Part shown: positions 1 to 9,732 of the stretch, in pieces
Layout: each line of letters opens with the position of its first letter
Numbering within the stretch: position 1 is the stretch's first letter
Source: Prasinococcaceae sp. CCMP 1430
Taxonomy: Eukaryota > Plantae > Prasinodermophyta
Reading direction: 5' to 3'
NCBI GenBank assembly: GCA_013416795.1
Contig: RQSC01000029.1
Coordinates: 6,458-70,457, forward strand
Length of the DNA: 64,000 nucleotides
Made by a program: the position numbers and the translations under genes
The notes under the pieces: model-generated
What the model was told of the DNA's origin: nothing
The model's database searches: none
Seen by the model: the letters and a program-made list of their open reading frames with translations, nothing else

Positions 1-1866
1 GCGCACGAACACGTACGCGCTGCCGCTGAGGTAGTCGTGATGATCGTCATAATAGGCGCCCACTAGCGCGTAGTCGCCCGAGAGGGCCACGCTGACGCCG
101 AACTGGTCATCCGTCGCACCGTCGCTGGCCACCAGCTTGGCCTGCTGCGACCACGACGTCCCATCGCGCACGAATACGTACGCGCAGCCGCTGTCGATGC
201 CGTTTTCGCGGCCATGTACAGCGCCAACCAGCGCGTAGTCGCCCGAGAGCGCCACGCTGGAGCCGAAGCGGTCACCTATCGCGCCGTCACTTGCCAGCAG
301 CTTGGCCTGCTGCAACCACGACGTCCCATTGTGCACAAACACGTACGCGCTGCCGCTGGAGAAGCCGCCGTCGTCGTCCCCTGCGGCGCCAACCAGCGCG
401 TATTCGCCCGAGAGCGCAACGCTCCTGCCGAAGGCGTCATGGTCTGCGCCATCGCTGGCCAGGAGCTGGGCAGCGTCGCAGTGAATGTCGTAGTCGCAGT
501 CGCCGCCGTCGTAGCCGCACTCCGCGTTGTTGCACGCGCTGTCACAATAGCCGTCGTCGATCAAGCTGTCGTAACAACCGGGGGCGCACATGCAGTCGCC
601 GCCGTCGTAGCCGCACTCCTCGTTGTTGCACGCGCTGTCGCACACGCCGTCGGTGACCAAGCCGTCGTGACAACCGGGGGCGCACATGCAGTCGCCGCCG
701 TCGTAGCCGCACTCCGCGTTGTTGCAAGCCCAGTCGCAATAGCCGTTATTCAGCGAATGCTCGGGACAACCGGGGGCGCAGTAGTCGTAGTCGGTGTAAT
801 GCTCAAAGCCGTGGTCGTAGTCGTAGTCGCAGTCGCCGCCGTCGTAGCCGCACTCCGCATTGTTGCACGCGCTGTCGCACATGCCGTCGGTGATCCAACG
901 GTCAGGGCAACCGGGAGCGCACTCATGGTCGTCCTGCGGGTACCCCGGGTAGTGCGGGTACTGGTCTTCGTAGGGGTGGTGCTGATCGCTGCCGGTGAAC
1001 CAGCACTCGCCGTCATCCCACGAGCATATCGGCTGCGACTTGCAATCCTTCTTGTCGAAGTCCGACTCCTCGCAGTACTCCTCGCCCCTTGCCACGTAGT
1101 CCATGTAGTAGTTCTCGTCGTAGCAGTCGCCGCCGTCGTAGCCGCATTCCGCGTTGTTGCAAGCACTGTCGCACATGCCGTCGGTGATCCAATGGTCGTA
1201 ACAACCGGGGGCGCACATGCAGTCGCCGCCGTCGTAGCCGCACTCCGCGTTATTGCAAGCGCTGTCGCACACGCCGTCGTCCAGCCATCGCTGTGGACAG
1301 CCGGAGGCGCAATAGTCGTAGTCGTAGTCATAGTCGTAGTTCTTGACCTGTTTCTTATCCTTCTTCTTGCTCTTCTTCTTGCTCTTCTTCTTGCTCTTCT
1401 TCTTGCCCTTGCTCTCGCTCTTCTTCTTGCTCTTGTTCTTGCTCTTGCTCTTGCCCTCCTTTGCATTTGAGGGCGGCGACGGCGCGGCATGGTCTTCGTA
1501 GGGGTAGTAGTCGTCTTGACTAAGGCCTTGGAAGCCGCACGCGGTGATGATCTCCTCGCCGGCATCCGCAACTTCAGAACCCACGCAGTATTGGAGAGGC
1601 AGGATCACGGCGAGGGCGAAGCCGCAATCATAGTCGAGGAAGCACTTGTCGCCGTACTCATCGTCTCCCTCGGAGCACTTCGGGATGCCAAGCTCCTTGG
1701 CCTCCGTCTTGTCAAACGAGCAGTCCTTCTGGCAGCTGTCGAAGACGTCGTCGACCATCCCGTTGAGCTGCTCCGCCTCGGGACACTGGGTGGCATGCGT
1801 CATGCGCACCGCCAGCCCCAGCATCAGAGCCAGCAGCGCGACACCAGAACGACATGTGGCCGACAT
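1..1866 (-). CDS. Secreted protein: signal peptide, Cys-rich N-terminal region, Lys-rich tract, 6 LNR (Lin-12/Notch) repeats and at least 3 FG-GAP repeats; 3' end runs off the window
   Basis: Manual minus-strand translation from ATG at 1866 (MSATCRSGVALLALMLGLAV) shows no stop before position 1. Six copies of C-x-x-GC-x(5)-DG-x-CD-x-ACNNxECGYDGGDC are followed by repeats of ASDG..FGxSVALSGDYALVGA..SGxAYVFV. Confidence 0.85.
   Translation of the reverse strand, partial: MSATCRSGVALLALMLGLAVRMTHATQCPEAEQLNGMVDDVFDSCQKDCSFDKTEAKELGIPKCSEGDDEYGDKCFLDYDCGFALAVILPLQYCVGSEVADAGEEIITACGFQGLSQDDYYPYEDHAAPSPPSNAKEGKSKSKNKSKKKSESKGKKKSKKKSKKKSKKKDKKQVKNYDYDYDYDYCASGCPQRWLDDGVCDSACNNAECGYDGGDCMCAPGCYDHWITDGMCDSACNNAECGYDGGDCYDENYYMDYVARGEEYCEESDFDKKDCKSQPICSWDDGECWFTGSDQHHPYEDQYPHYPGYPQDDHECAPGCPDRWITDGMCDSACNNAECGYDGGDCDYDYDHGFEHYTDYDYCAPGCPEHSLNNGYCDWACNNAECGYDGGDCMCAPGCHDGLVTDGVCDSACNNEECGYDGGDCMCAPGCYDSLIDDGYCDSACNNAECGYDGGDCDYDIHCDAAQLLASDGADHDAFGRSVALSGEYALVGAAGDDDGGFSSGSAYVFVHNGTSWLQQAKLLASDGAIGDRFGSSVALSGDYALVGAVHGRENGIDSGCAYVFVRDGTSWSQQAKLVASDGATDDQFGVSVALSGDYALVGAYYDDHHDYLSGSAYVFVR
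1350..1460. repeat. Imperfect 12-bp tandem repeat (ttcttcttgctc) encoding a KKKS-type tract on the minus strand
   Basis: Directly visible; in frame within the LNR/FG-GAP gene. Confidence 0.85.
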
Positions 1867-2109
1867 GTCGAGAGCTAGCTTCTTGGGAGGGGAAGCTGCT
1901 GTTCGGGAAAGCGTCGAGCGTCAGCAGGCCCTTGCGCGTTAGCTTGCGTGCGGGGAGCGTGTGCGCACACTGCGGGCGGAGCTGCTCGTTCGCCGCCACC
2001 GCTCCCGCAACGAGGCACGGTGCGCCTGCGTGCAGGTGTGGCGCGCACGCGCCGCGGGCGAGCAAAGGCGGCGCGCGCGCGCATCGCGCACACGCCCGCG
2101 CCCGCGGCA

Positions 2110-3507
2110 ATGGCCGGCGGGCGAAGGGGCAGCGCGGCGGCGCAGCAGCCATTCGTGCCTGCGCGCCCCGCGTACGCACTGCCCGAGGACTACCACCGCT
2201 TCGGCCCGGGCATCGATGCGAACGGCCTCGCCGCGAGCGGGCTGCCGCGCGGCGAGAACATCGTGATGGGCGCCCCAGCTGCCATCCTGCAGGGCCTGGC
2301 CGCGCCCGGCCTCGACAAGCCCGGCCTCGACAAGTCCAACGCGGCCGGGGGCGCCACGAGCGGCGTGGCCGCTGCGGCGGCAGATAGGAGCCGCTCACAG
2401 AAAGGCATGGCGTCGCCGACGCCCGCGTCACGCAGCGGGGCCCGCAACGGCGCTCACGCGGCGGGGGGCGCCGCGCCCAGCAACGGGGCGAACGGGGCGG
2501 CCACGACGCCCGCGAAGGCGCCCGGGTCGGCGGCCAGGCGCAAGAGCAGCGGCTCGCGCTCCAAAGCGCCGGGTACGCCGGCCGGCACCACCGGCGGCTC
2601 CCAGAGCGAGCAGCGCACGCCTGGCAGCACGTGCCGCTACGACAGCTCGCTGGGCCTGCTCACCAAGAAGTTCATCTCGCTCATCGAGGAGGCGGACGAC
2701 GGGACCCTCGACCTGAACAGAGCGGCGGACATGCTGTCGGTGCAGAAGCGCCGCATCTACGACATCACCAACGTGCTCGAGGGCATCGGGCTCATCGTGA
2801 AGAAGTCGAAGAACAACATCCAGTGGAAGGGCATGGGGATGGGGGGGGGCGCCTTGGAAGGGCGGCAAGACATGGCGGGGCTGCAGAAGGACGTGGAGGG
2901 GCTGCATGAGGAGGAGCGCCAGTTAGATGAGGAGATCGCGGCGATGCGCGAGAAGCTGCACCTCTTTTGCGAGGATGGCGCCAACAAGCGCCTGCTGTAC
3001 GTGCGGCGCGACGACATCGTCGGGCTGCCCGCGTTCGCGGGGGACACGCTCATAGCGATCAAGGCGCCGCACGGAACCACGCTCGAGGTGCCTGACCCCG
3101 AGGAGGGCATGGACTACCCGCACAGGCGCTACCAGATGATCATGAAAAGCAGCGACGGGCCCATCGAGCTGCTGCTGCTCGCTGATCCTCAAAACGACGC
3201 CAGGCAGCAGCAGCAGCTGTTGCAGGGGCAGCAGCAGCACGCCGGCGCGGCGGGCGCGGCCGACATGGCCGCACCGAGGGAAGTGAAGCGCGAGACGAGC
3301 GACCTGCTTCCCGACGGCATCCCTGGCCTGCCGCCGGCAGAGGCTTTCCTTGACCCCGGCATTGTCGCGCCGACCAGCCCGATGCGTCCTATCCGTCCGC
3401 ACCCTGAGCCTGACGACTACTGGTTCGCGTCCACAGAAGATGGCAAGCCCCACGACGTGAATCTCGCAGAAATGTTTGGCGAGCCCGAAGATGCCTTCTT
3501 CGGCTGA
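2110..3507 (+). CDS. E2F: E2F transcription factor
   Basis: DNA-binding motif [13 protein letters not shown]...[18 protein letters not shown], then coiled coil and marked box ([16 protein letters not shown]), and a C-terminal RBR-binding-like DDYWF motif. Start ATG inferred at 2110. Confidence 0.95.
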   Translation: MAGGRRGSAAAQQPFVPARPAYALPEDYHRFGPGIDANGLAASGLPRGENIVMGAPAAILQGLAAPGLDKPGLDKSNAAGGATSGVAAAAADRSRSQKGMASPTPASRSGARNGAHAAGGAAPSNGANGAATTPAKAPGSAARRKSSGSRSKAPGTPAGTTGGSQSEQRTPGSTCRYDSSLGLLTKKFISLIEEADDGTLDLNRAADMLSVQKRRIYDITNVLEGIGLIVKKSKNNIQWKGMGMGGGALEGRQDMAGLQKDVEGLHEEERQLDEEIAAMREKLHLFCEDGANKRLLYVRRDDIVGLPAFAGDTLIAIKAPHGTTLEVPDPEEGMDYPHRRYQMIMKSSDGPIELLLLADPQNDARQQQQLLQGQQQHAGAAGAADMAAPREVKRETSDLLPDGIPGLPPAEAFLDPGIVAPTSPMRPIRPHPEPDDYWFASTEDGKPHDVNLAEMFGEPEDAFFG

Positions 3508-3982
3508 GCGCCGCTTCTGATCCGTTGCGAGAGGCGGCCGAGGCCATATGGCGTGCGGCACAAGCACCTGTATCAACACACACAAAACACAGACAGACAC
3601 GCAGCAGCAGCAGCAGCAAGCACGTGCCCTTCGTACAGCGACGAGCGAGCACAACAGAGGCGTACACCCGCAGGATAGGAGTGAGATGCACCTGCAGGGA
3701 CAGGCCGCGAGCGGACAGCACTGGATGTCAGGCTCGAGTGGTTGCGCCACTGTTCTCTGACGAGCGCTTGGATGGCAGACATTCTGATAAGAAGACCTGT
3801 TACACTTGACTTTCGCGGCGCGGCGCGGCGGGGGCGCATGTGTGTCGGGGTGCTGAGAGGCGCGAAGAGGGCGGCGTGGACATAGCGCAGGAACAGAGAG
3901 GGGATCACAAGGTCTTCTTATTGCGACAATCACCGGATCTCTCAGTTCTGTGCAGCTGTTGCTGTACGCAGAGAATGGCGCT

Positions 3983-5688
3983 TTAAGCCGCGAGCACGGG
4001 GTCCTCACCCGGCAGCAGCTGGTAGCTGGGCGTCGACTTGGCGATGGTGAGCTCCTCCTCGTTCATGTCGGCGTTGATGGCCGCGAACAGCGGGGTGGAC
4101 ATGTAGCGCTCGGCAGTGTCCGGAAGCATGGTCAGGATGACAGAGCCCTTCTCGGCCTTCTCAGCGACTGTGCGTGCGCATGCGCACGAAGCGGCCGGTC
4201 AGAGTTGGTACGGGCCAATGCAAGCGTCAGGCGCAGACAAGCGCGGGCGCACGCGACGGGCGCGGCGTACGGCGCCAACGCACCCTTGAGCGCCGCCGCG
4301 ATGGAGCCACCACCGCTGATACCGGTGAAGATACCGTTAGTCGCAGCCAGCTTGAGCGAGCACTGCACGGACTCATCGCCGGTGACAGGCACGAGCTCGT
4401 CCATGATGTTCAGGTTGAGGCCATCCTCGCACACCCTGAAAGCGACGCAACGCAATCGGGTTGGGGGGGGGGGGGGGGGGAAGAGTCAGACGATGCGGAG
4501 ATGAGGGAGGTGGAGCGGGCGATGACGCGCAGCGGGCTGGGGGCATTGCAGCGCACGTACTTGGGGATGAAATCCGGGGTCCAGCCCTGCACGGGGTGCG
4601 CAGCGAACGCCGGATGCGACTCCTTGGGAGAGCCATCGGCGTTGCGGTTGGTCTTGATGCCCGATGCAATCAGGCCCGCCGCCTCGGGCTCGGCCAGAGC
4701 GATCTTCGGTGATGCAAGAGGCAGCAGAGGGGAGCGGCGGCGTCAGTTGGTGCGACGAGGGCGAAGATTGCGTGTGCGCGCGCGTGCGCGTGCGTGTGCG
4801 TGTAGGGGCTTTGACGCGACCCCTCCGGTCGTCGGTGGCCCCGGTGTGTCGGAGCGGCGCGTTGCAGGCGGCCCGCGGCGTCCGCAGCGGCACACACCTT
4901 GATGTCAGGGCGCGCGGCCTTGAGCACGCGGCCCACGCCCTGGAACGTGCCACCGGTGCCGTAGCCGGTGACCCAGTAGTCGAGACGCTTGCCAGCGAAG
5001 TCCTTGAGGATCTCAGGGCCGGTCGTGGAAGCATGGTACGCCGGGTTGGCGGCGTTCTCGAACTGGTGGCACAGAAACCAGCCATGCTTCTCGCACAGCT
5101 CCTCGGCCTTGCGCACCATGCCGGTGCCCTTGCCCGCCTTGGGCGTCACGATCACCTTGGCGCCGAGCATGCGCATGATCTTCCTGCGCTCGACGGAGAA
5201 CGGCTCAGCCATGCAGATCACGCAGTTGTAGCCGCGCTGCGCGCACACCATCGCAACCGCAATGCCGGTGTTGCCCGAGGTGGCCTCGACCACGGTGTCA
5301 CCGGGCTTGAGCAGGCCCTTCGCCTCGGCATCGCTAATCACGGAGATGGCGAGGCGATCCTTGACGGACGACAGCGGGTTGAAGAACTCGCACTTGGCGT
5401 AGAGGTCCACGCCCTCCGGGGCCAGGCCCTGGAGCTTGACGATGGGCGTGTCGCCGATGGTCTCGGTGATGTCGTTGTAGATCTGCGCGCTGTGGGGGAG
5501 GGGCGGCGGTGCGCGGGATGGGGGTGAGGCGTGCACGGAAAGGCGCATCAGCGCGCCGCACGCGCCGCTGCGTTCGCGGGCGCTGCGCGCGGGCACGCCG
5601 AGGTTCGCACGCAGGCCACCATCTGGCTGCTAGGCGCGGCGGCCGCCTTGGCGGCCGACGCCTTGGACGCGAGCGAGCACACGGACAT
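3983..5688 (-). CDS. cysK: Cysteine synthase (O-acetylserine thiol-lyase), about 5 exons, short N-terminal targeting-like exon
   Basis: PLP-lysine motif NPLSSVKDR, EATSGNTG, HQFENAAN, GYGTGGT and QGWTPDFIP. GT-AG introns join the exons (exon 1 5688-5620, exon 2 5482 to ~4899); stop TAA at 3983-3985. Confidence 0.92.
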
Positions 5689-6310
5689 GGCGAATCGCCG
5701 GGGGGAAAGCGCGGCGGGCGGCCGGGGCTCGGGGGTGAGCGGGCTGGCGGGGCGCGATCGGCGCGCGCGCGGGGTACTCTGTGGCACCGCCACAACAGGG
5801 CTCCGGCCTGCACCCCAATATGCCCCAACCACCCAAACAGGGGTCGCCGAAACCGCCAAAGGTGCCTCCATCGCCATCACTTTCCAAGCGGCCACGCGAC
5901 CCGGGCGGGCGAGCAACAACACCAACCAACACACGTTGGACACGTGTCCACGTGGGTGAAACGCACGCGGGCTGACCGAGCAGTACTGCAGTGTGTGTGT
6001 CTCTTGTGCGGCATCTTTGATCAACGTGCATTTGCATTGCATATGTAACCCTAATATGTTATGACCCTTACTGGCGCGCCCTAAGCCCTAACCTAAAGTC
6101 CGGATCGCCGCCGCGCGCGGCGAGTCCGCCGCGCGCGGTGGCGGGAGCCGTGTGCGCGCGCGCGCGCGGCATCGAAGTGCAGTGAGCGGTGTACTGTACC
6201 AGCTACGACCGTCGTCCTCTAGCTAGCTGGCAATGGCAATGCGACGTGGGGTGGTGGTCACCGCGGTCGTTTGACGGCGCAGGTGCGCCGCGGGCGAGCC
6301 CTGAGCTGCG

Positions 6311-7608
6311 TCATCTGAGCTGCTCCACGTTCACGAAGCCGTACTGCCGCTGCAGCTGCTGCAGCTCGAGCTGGTCGACCTCCTCGGCGACCTCCTTCCG
6401 AGGGAGGACTTTGAGCTTGCCCCGCGGCATCGGCCAGCTGCACGTGTGAACCACTGCCTTGATGTACACGAGTAGCACCACAAAGCCCATCAGGATGACG
6501 ACCAGCGCGATGAAGAGCGCGTCGGACAGCCCTTGGATGAGCGTCGGCCGGCTCTGGGGCGGGGGCGGAGGGGGCGACGGGGGTGAGGGCGGAGGCGATG
6601 GCAGCGGCGGAGGCGATGGGGGCGAGGGCGGCGACGGCGGCTCGGGCAGTGGGATGAGGATCGCAACGTCCGCCTGGCCGGCGAGCGCCGTGAATCTGCA
6701 CACTGCCGTCGCGTTGGCAGGGACAACCGCATTGCCGCAGCGTACAGGTGCAGCCGCGGCATCGCTGGGCGATGCAAGCGCCTGCCCCAGCTCGACCCAG
6801 TCTGTCGACCCAGATGCGAGGCTGCTGCACACCATCGGCACCTCCCCAAGCAGCTCAACCAAGTCTTGGGCGGGTCCGCCCTCCATCGCTCCCTCCTCTG
6901 CTGCTGCCGCCGCCGTTGCGAGCGGCAGTCTACGCAGCGCAATGGCGTGCCCAGTGGGAGCGGTGAGGGCCGCGAGTGACTCGAAGGGCTCGCCCGGCGC
7001 GACAGAGAGCTGCGCGTCGACGCTCACGAGCGTCGAGGCAACGGCGGCGCCCGCCCCCGGCAGCGACACTAGGGCTGGAGCGACCAGGCCATACCATGAA
7101 GGCTGCCAGACAGAAGAAAGGAGTGTGTGTGTGGAGCGGGGGGGAAGGGGGGAGGGCGAGATGGCCGAGTCAGCGGGCAGCACGAATGCGGGCATGCGCG
7201 CGCGTGCGTTTGTGCGCTCACTCGCCGCTCGCATACCTGTGCTGCCTCCTGCGGTGTGTGCGCCGTCGTGAGCGGCGCAAGTGGTGGCGGCACCGGTGGT
7301 AGGCACCTGTACGCCGTGAGCGTTATCCTTAGCGTGCCGTCCGGGGCGGCCGCGAGGAGGGTATCGGTGCTGAGGCCGCCCGCTGTTGCGCGCGTCACGC
7401 GCACGCCGCGGGGCACGCGCAGTGTGACGCCGCCGTCGGCTGCACCGACGTTCACGCCATTGCGGAAGGCGTGGCGTGCGCCGACGTTCACGGTGTACGC
7501 ATCTAGCGTCGTGCCTGCACGCACCGCGTATTCGGGCTCGCCAGCTGTTTCTGCGCGCGCCTGAAGCGCTGCCGACCACGCCACGAGCGCCACCGCTGCT
7601 GCGCGCAT
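6311..7608 (-). CDS. Uncharacterised type I membrane protein (signal peptide, SPPP-rich stalk, C-terminal TM helix), 2 exons
   Basis: Exons 7608-7237 and 7102-6311 join in phase 0 via a GTATGC...CAG intron. Hydrophobic N-terminus, PPSPPSPPP tract and TM segment LFIALVVILMGFVVLLVYI. Confidence 0.65.
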
Positions 7609-8021
7609 CGCGGCCGGCGCGCGGCCGGGCGCCTCAGGCGCGCCGCGTCATCCCACGCGTCCAAAGCCCCCTCCCCAACCCCCACCCGCACCGCCCACGC
7701 GGCGCTCACCCGCCCTCGGCCCTCCGCTTGTCCCGTGGTGTGACGCCCGCCGCACTACGCCGCGGACCGATGCGTCCCGTTGCGCGCGCGAGTCGCGAAC
7801 GTTTCTACGATGGTGCATGTACACCTGGGCAGCGCTGCTCACCCCAGGTCTGTGCAGGCATTCCCCGCTCATTTTCGGGATAATGTGCGTTTGCCAAAAA
7901 TTTCCCCCTAGGTTTTCTCAGGGGGCACAACTGATACTGTAGCAGCAGACGCGGCGTGCGGCCGGTGCGCGGCAGCGGGCGCCATAGTGCGCGCGGCGGG
8001 CGGGGCGCCCCCCCCCCCACG

Positions 8022-9527
8022 ATGGCGCTCGTTGCGGCGGGGTGGCGGGCGGCGGCTGCTGCCGCAGCGGCGGCAGCGGCGGTCGCGGGGGGAGCACCAG
8101 GGGCAGCGGGGGGGGCGGGGGCAGCCTTTGGGATGGCGGCGCGGCTCCCGCTGCGATATGGGGGAATTCAAAGGGCGCGCCTTGTGCGACGAGGGAGCGA
8201 TATGCTCGCTGCACTGCACTGCTCGCCCTCCGTGGCAGCTTCCATGGCCACGAACGCCCACAGCGCCAGTTCAGGGCTTCCGCCAGCGATCCTCTTCCTG
8301 GGCCCACCTGGCGTAGGCAAGGGCACGTACGCGGCGCGGGTCGCGTCACACCTGGGCGTGCCGCACGTCGCCGCAGGCGACCTTGTACGCGACGAGATTG
8401 AGAGCGGAACACCGCTGGGGAAGGCCGTCGCCGCGCACATCGCTGACGGAGGCATGCTCCAAGACGAGGAGGTGTTCGAGCTCGTGTCCAAGCGGCTGGC
8501 CACAGGAGACGTCTCTCGCGCCGGCGTGGTCCTTGACGGCTTCCCGCGCTCAGTTCGCCAGGCGCAGATGCTCGAGTCCGCCGCACGCGCGGATGTCGTC
8601 GTCAACCTCGGCATGCGCGAGGAGGCACTCGTCTCGAAGCTGCTCGGACGCGCGACGTGCGCCAACTGCGGCGCGAGCTACAACACCGCCGAGGTCGACC
8701 TGCCGGAGGTCCCTGAGCAGGGGAAGCCTGCGGTGTTTCTGAAATCGTTGCCAATGCCCGAGGCTGGATGCCGCGAGTGTGGACACACCGAACTTGTGCG
8801 CCGAGCTGACGACGACGAGGCGGTCATCTACAAGAGGCTGCGCGCGCACGAGGTTCAGTGCGCTGGCGTTGCCAACCACTACCGCAACAAGGCGACCAGC
8901 GACAGCGACATGCGTGTGGTGGACTTCGAGATCACCTCGGGGATCCCCGAGACGCTGCCACTTCTCATAGACGCAGTGGTGGGTCCGGGCACGAAGGTTG
9001 GCGTGCCAGCCGGCGACGAGGCCACCGCCGAGGCGGTCAAGAGGGCGCAGGAGGCAGAAGCCGTCGCACCGAGTTCGGGACACCAGGGTACTGCAGCGGG
9101 GGGCACACAGGCGGCGGCGGCGGCGACAGATGTTGAGCAACAAAACAGTGGCGTGCAAGACAGGACATGGGCGCAAGCGAAGGCACAAGCGCAACCCGAG
9201 GCCGAGCCCGCTCACGAGGACGGTGAGCTGATGTTCGTGTACACATGTGGCCAGTGTGGCACGCGCTCTGCCAAGCGCGTCTCCAAGCGCTCGTACTTCC
9301 ACGGTGTAGTGTTGGTGCGATGCGATGGCTGCAAGGCACTGCACCTGGTGGCGGACCGCAAGGGCTGGTTCGACGACAAGCCCATCGGACTGGAAGAGCT
9401 CGTCGGCGCTGGTGCGACCATACTGCCCAGCGGCGATGTGACGCTATCACCAGATGATGCGGAGCGCGTGAAAGAGGCCATGTCAGTGCCTCGGCGCAGG
9501 CCGGGGACATCAGGGACCAATTCTTAA
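8022..9527 (+). CDS. ADK: Adenylate kinase (plant organellar type) with a C-terminal DNL-type zinc finger (Zim17/Tim15/HEP-like)
   Basis: P-loop GPPGVGKGT, LDGFPR and RADD in the kinase. C-terminal FVYTCGQCGTR...Y..GVVLVRCDGCKALHLVADRKGWF matches the zf-DNL consensus. One continuous ORF; start codon uncertain. Confidence 0.85.
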   Translation: MALVAAGWRAAAAAAAAAAAVAGGAPGAAGGAGAAFGMAARLPLRYGGIQRARLVRRGSDMLAALHCSPSVAASMATNAHSASSGLPPAILFLGPPGVGKGTYAARVASHLGVPHVAAGDLVRDEIESGTPLGKAVAAHIADGGMLQDEEVFELVSKRLATGDVSRAGVVLDGFPRSVRQAQMLESAARADVVVNLGMREEALVSKLLGRATCANCGASYNTAEVDLPEVPEQGKPAVFLKSLPMPEAGCRECGHTELVRRADDDEAVIYKRLRAHEVQCAGVANHYRNKATSDSDMRVVDFEITSGIPETLPLLIDAVVGPGTKVGVPAGDEATAEAVKRAQEAEAVAPSSGHQGTAAGGTQAAAAATDVEQQNSGVQDRTWAQAKAQAQPEAEPAHEDGELMFVYTCGQCGTRSAKRVSKRSYFHGVVLVRCDGCKALHLVADRKGWFDDKPIGLEELVGAGATILPSGDVTLSPDDAERVKEAMSVPRRRPGTSGTNS

Positions 9528-9732
9528 GCGATCAGCGACAGATGCAATTTTTCCACCCTTTGCTCTGCATTACGTGCGGCGCCAGCAAGACGAGAAGGGC
9601 GCCCCGGCGACATGCACGCACGCAATCGCACGCACGCGCGCGCGCCATACTGGCAGGCCCCGGCGCCTCTTTGACACGCTGTCTTACGATGCTCTTGGTA
9701 CGGCAGGAACCCGCCGTGGTCCCCCGTTGCTG

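Noticed and set aside
480-1320. Regularly spaced ~45-bp near-identical repeats resembling a CRISPR array
   Set aside because: They are coding LNR repeats in one reading frame, in a eukaryote, with no cas genes.
214-1470. 418-aa plus-strand Val/Ala-rich ORF
   Set aside because: It is the antisense shadow of the LNR/FG-GAP gene in the same codon register.
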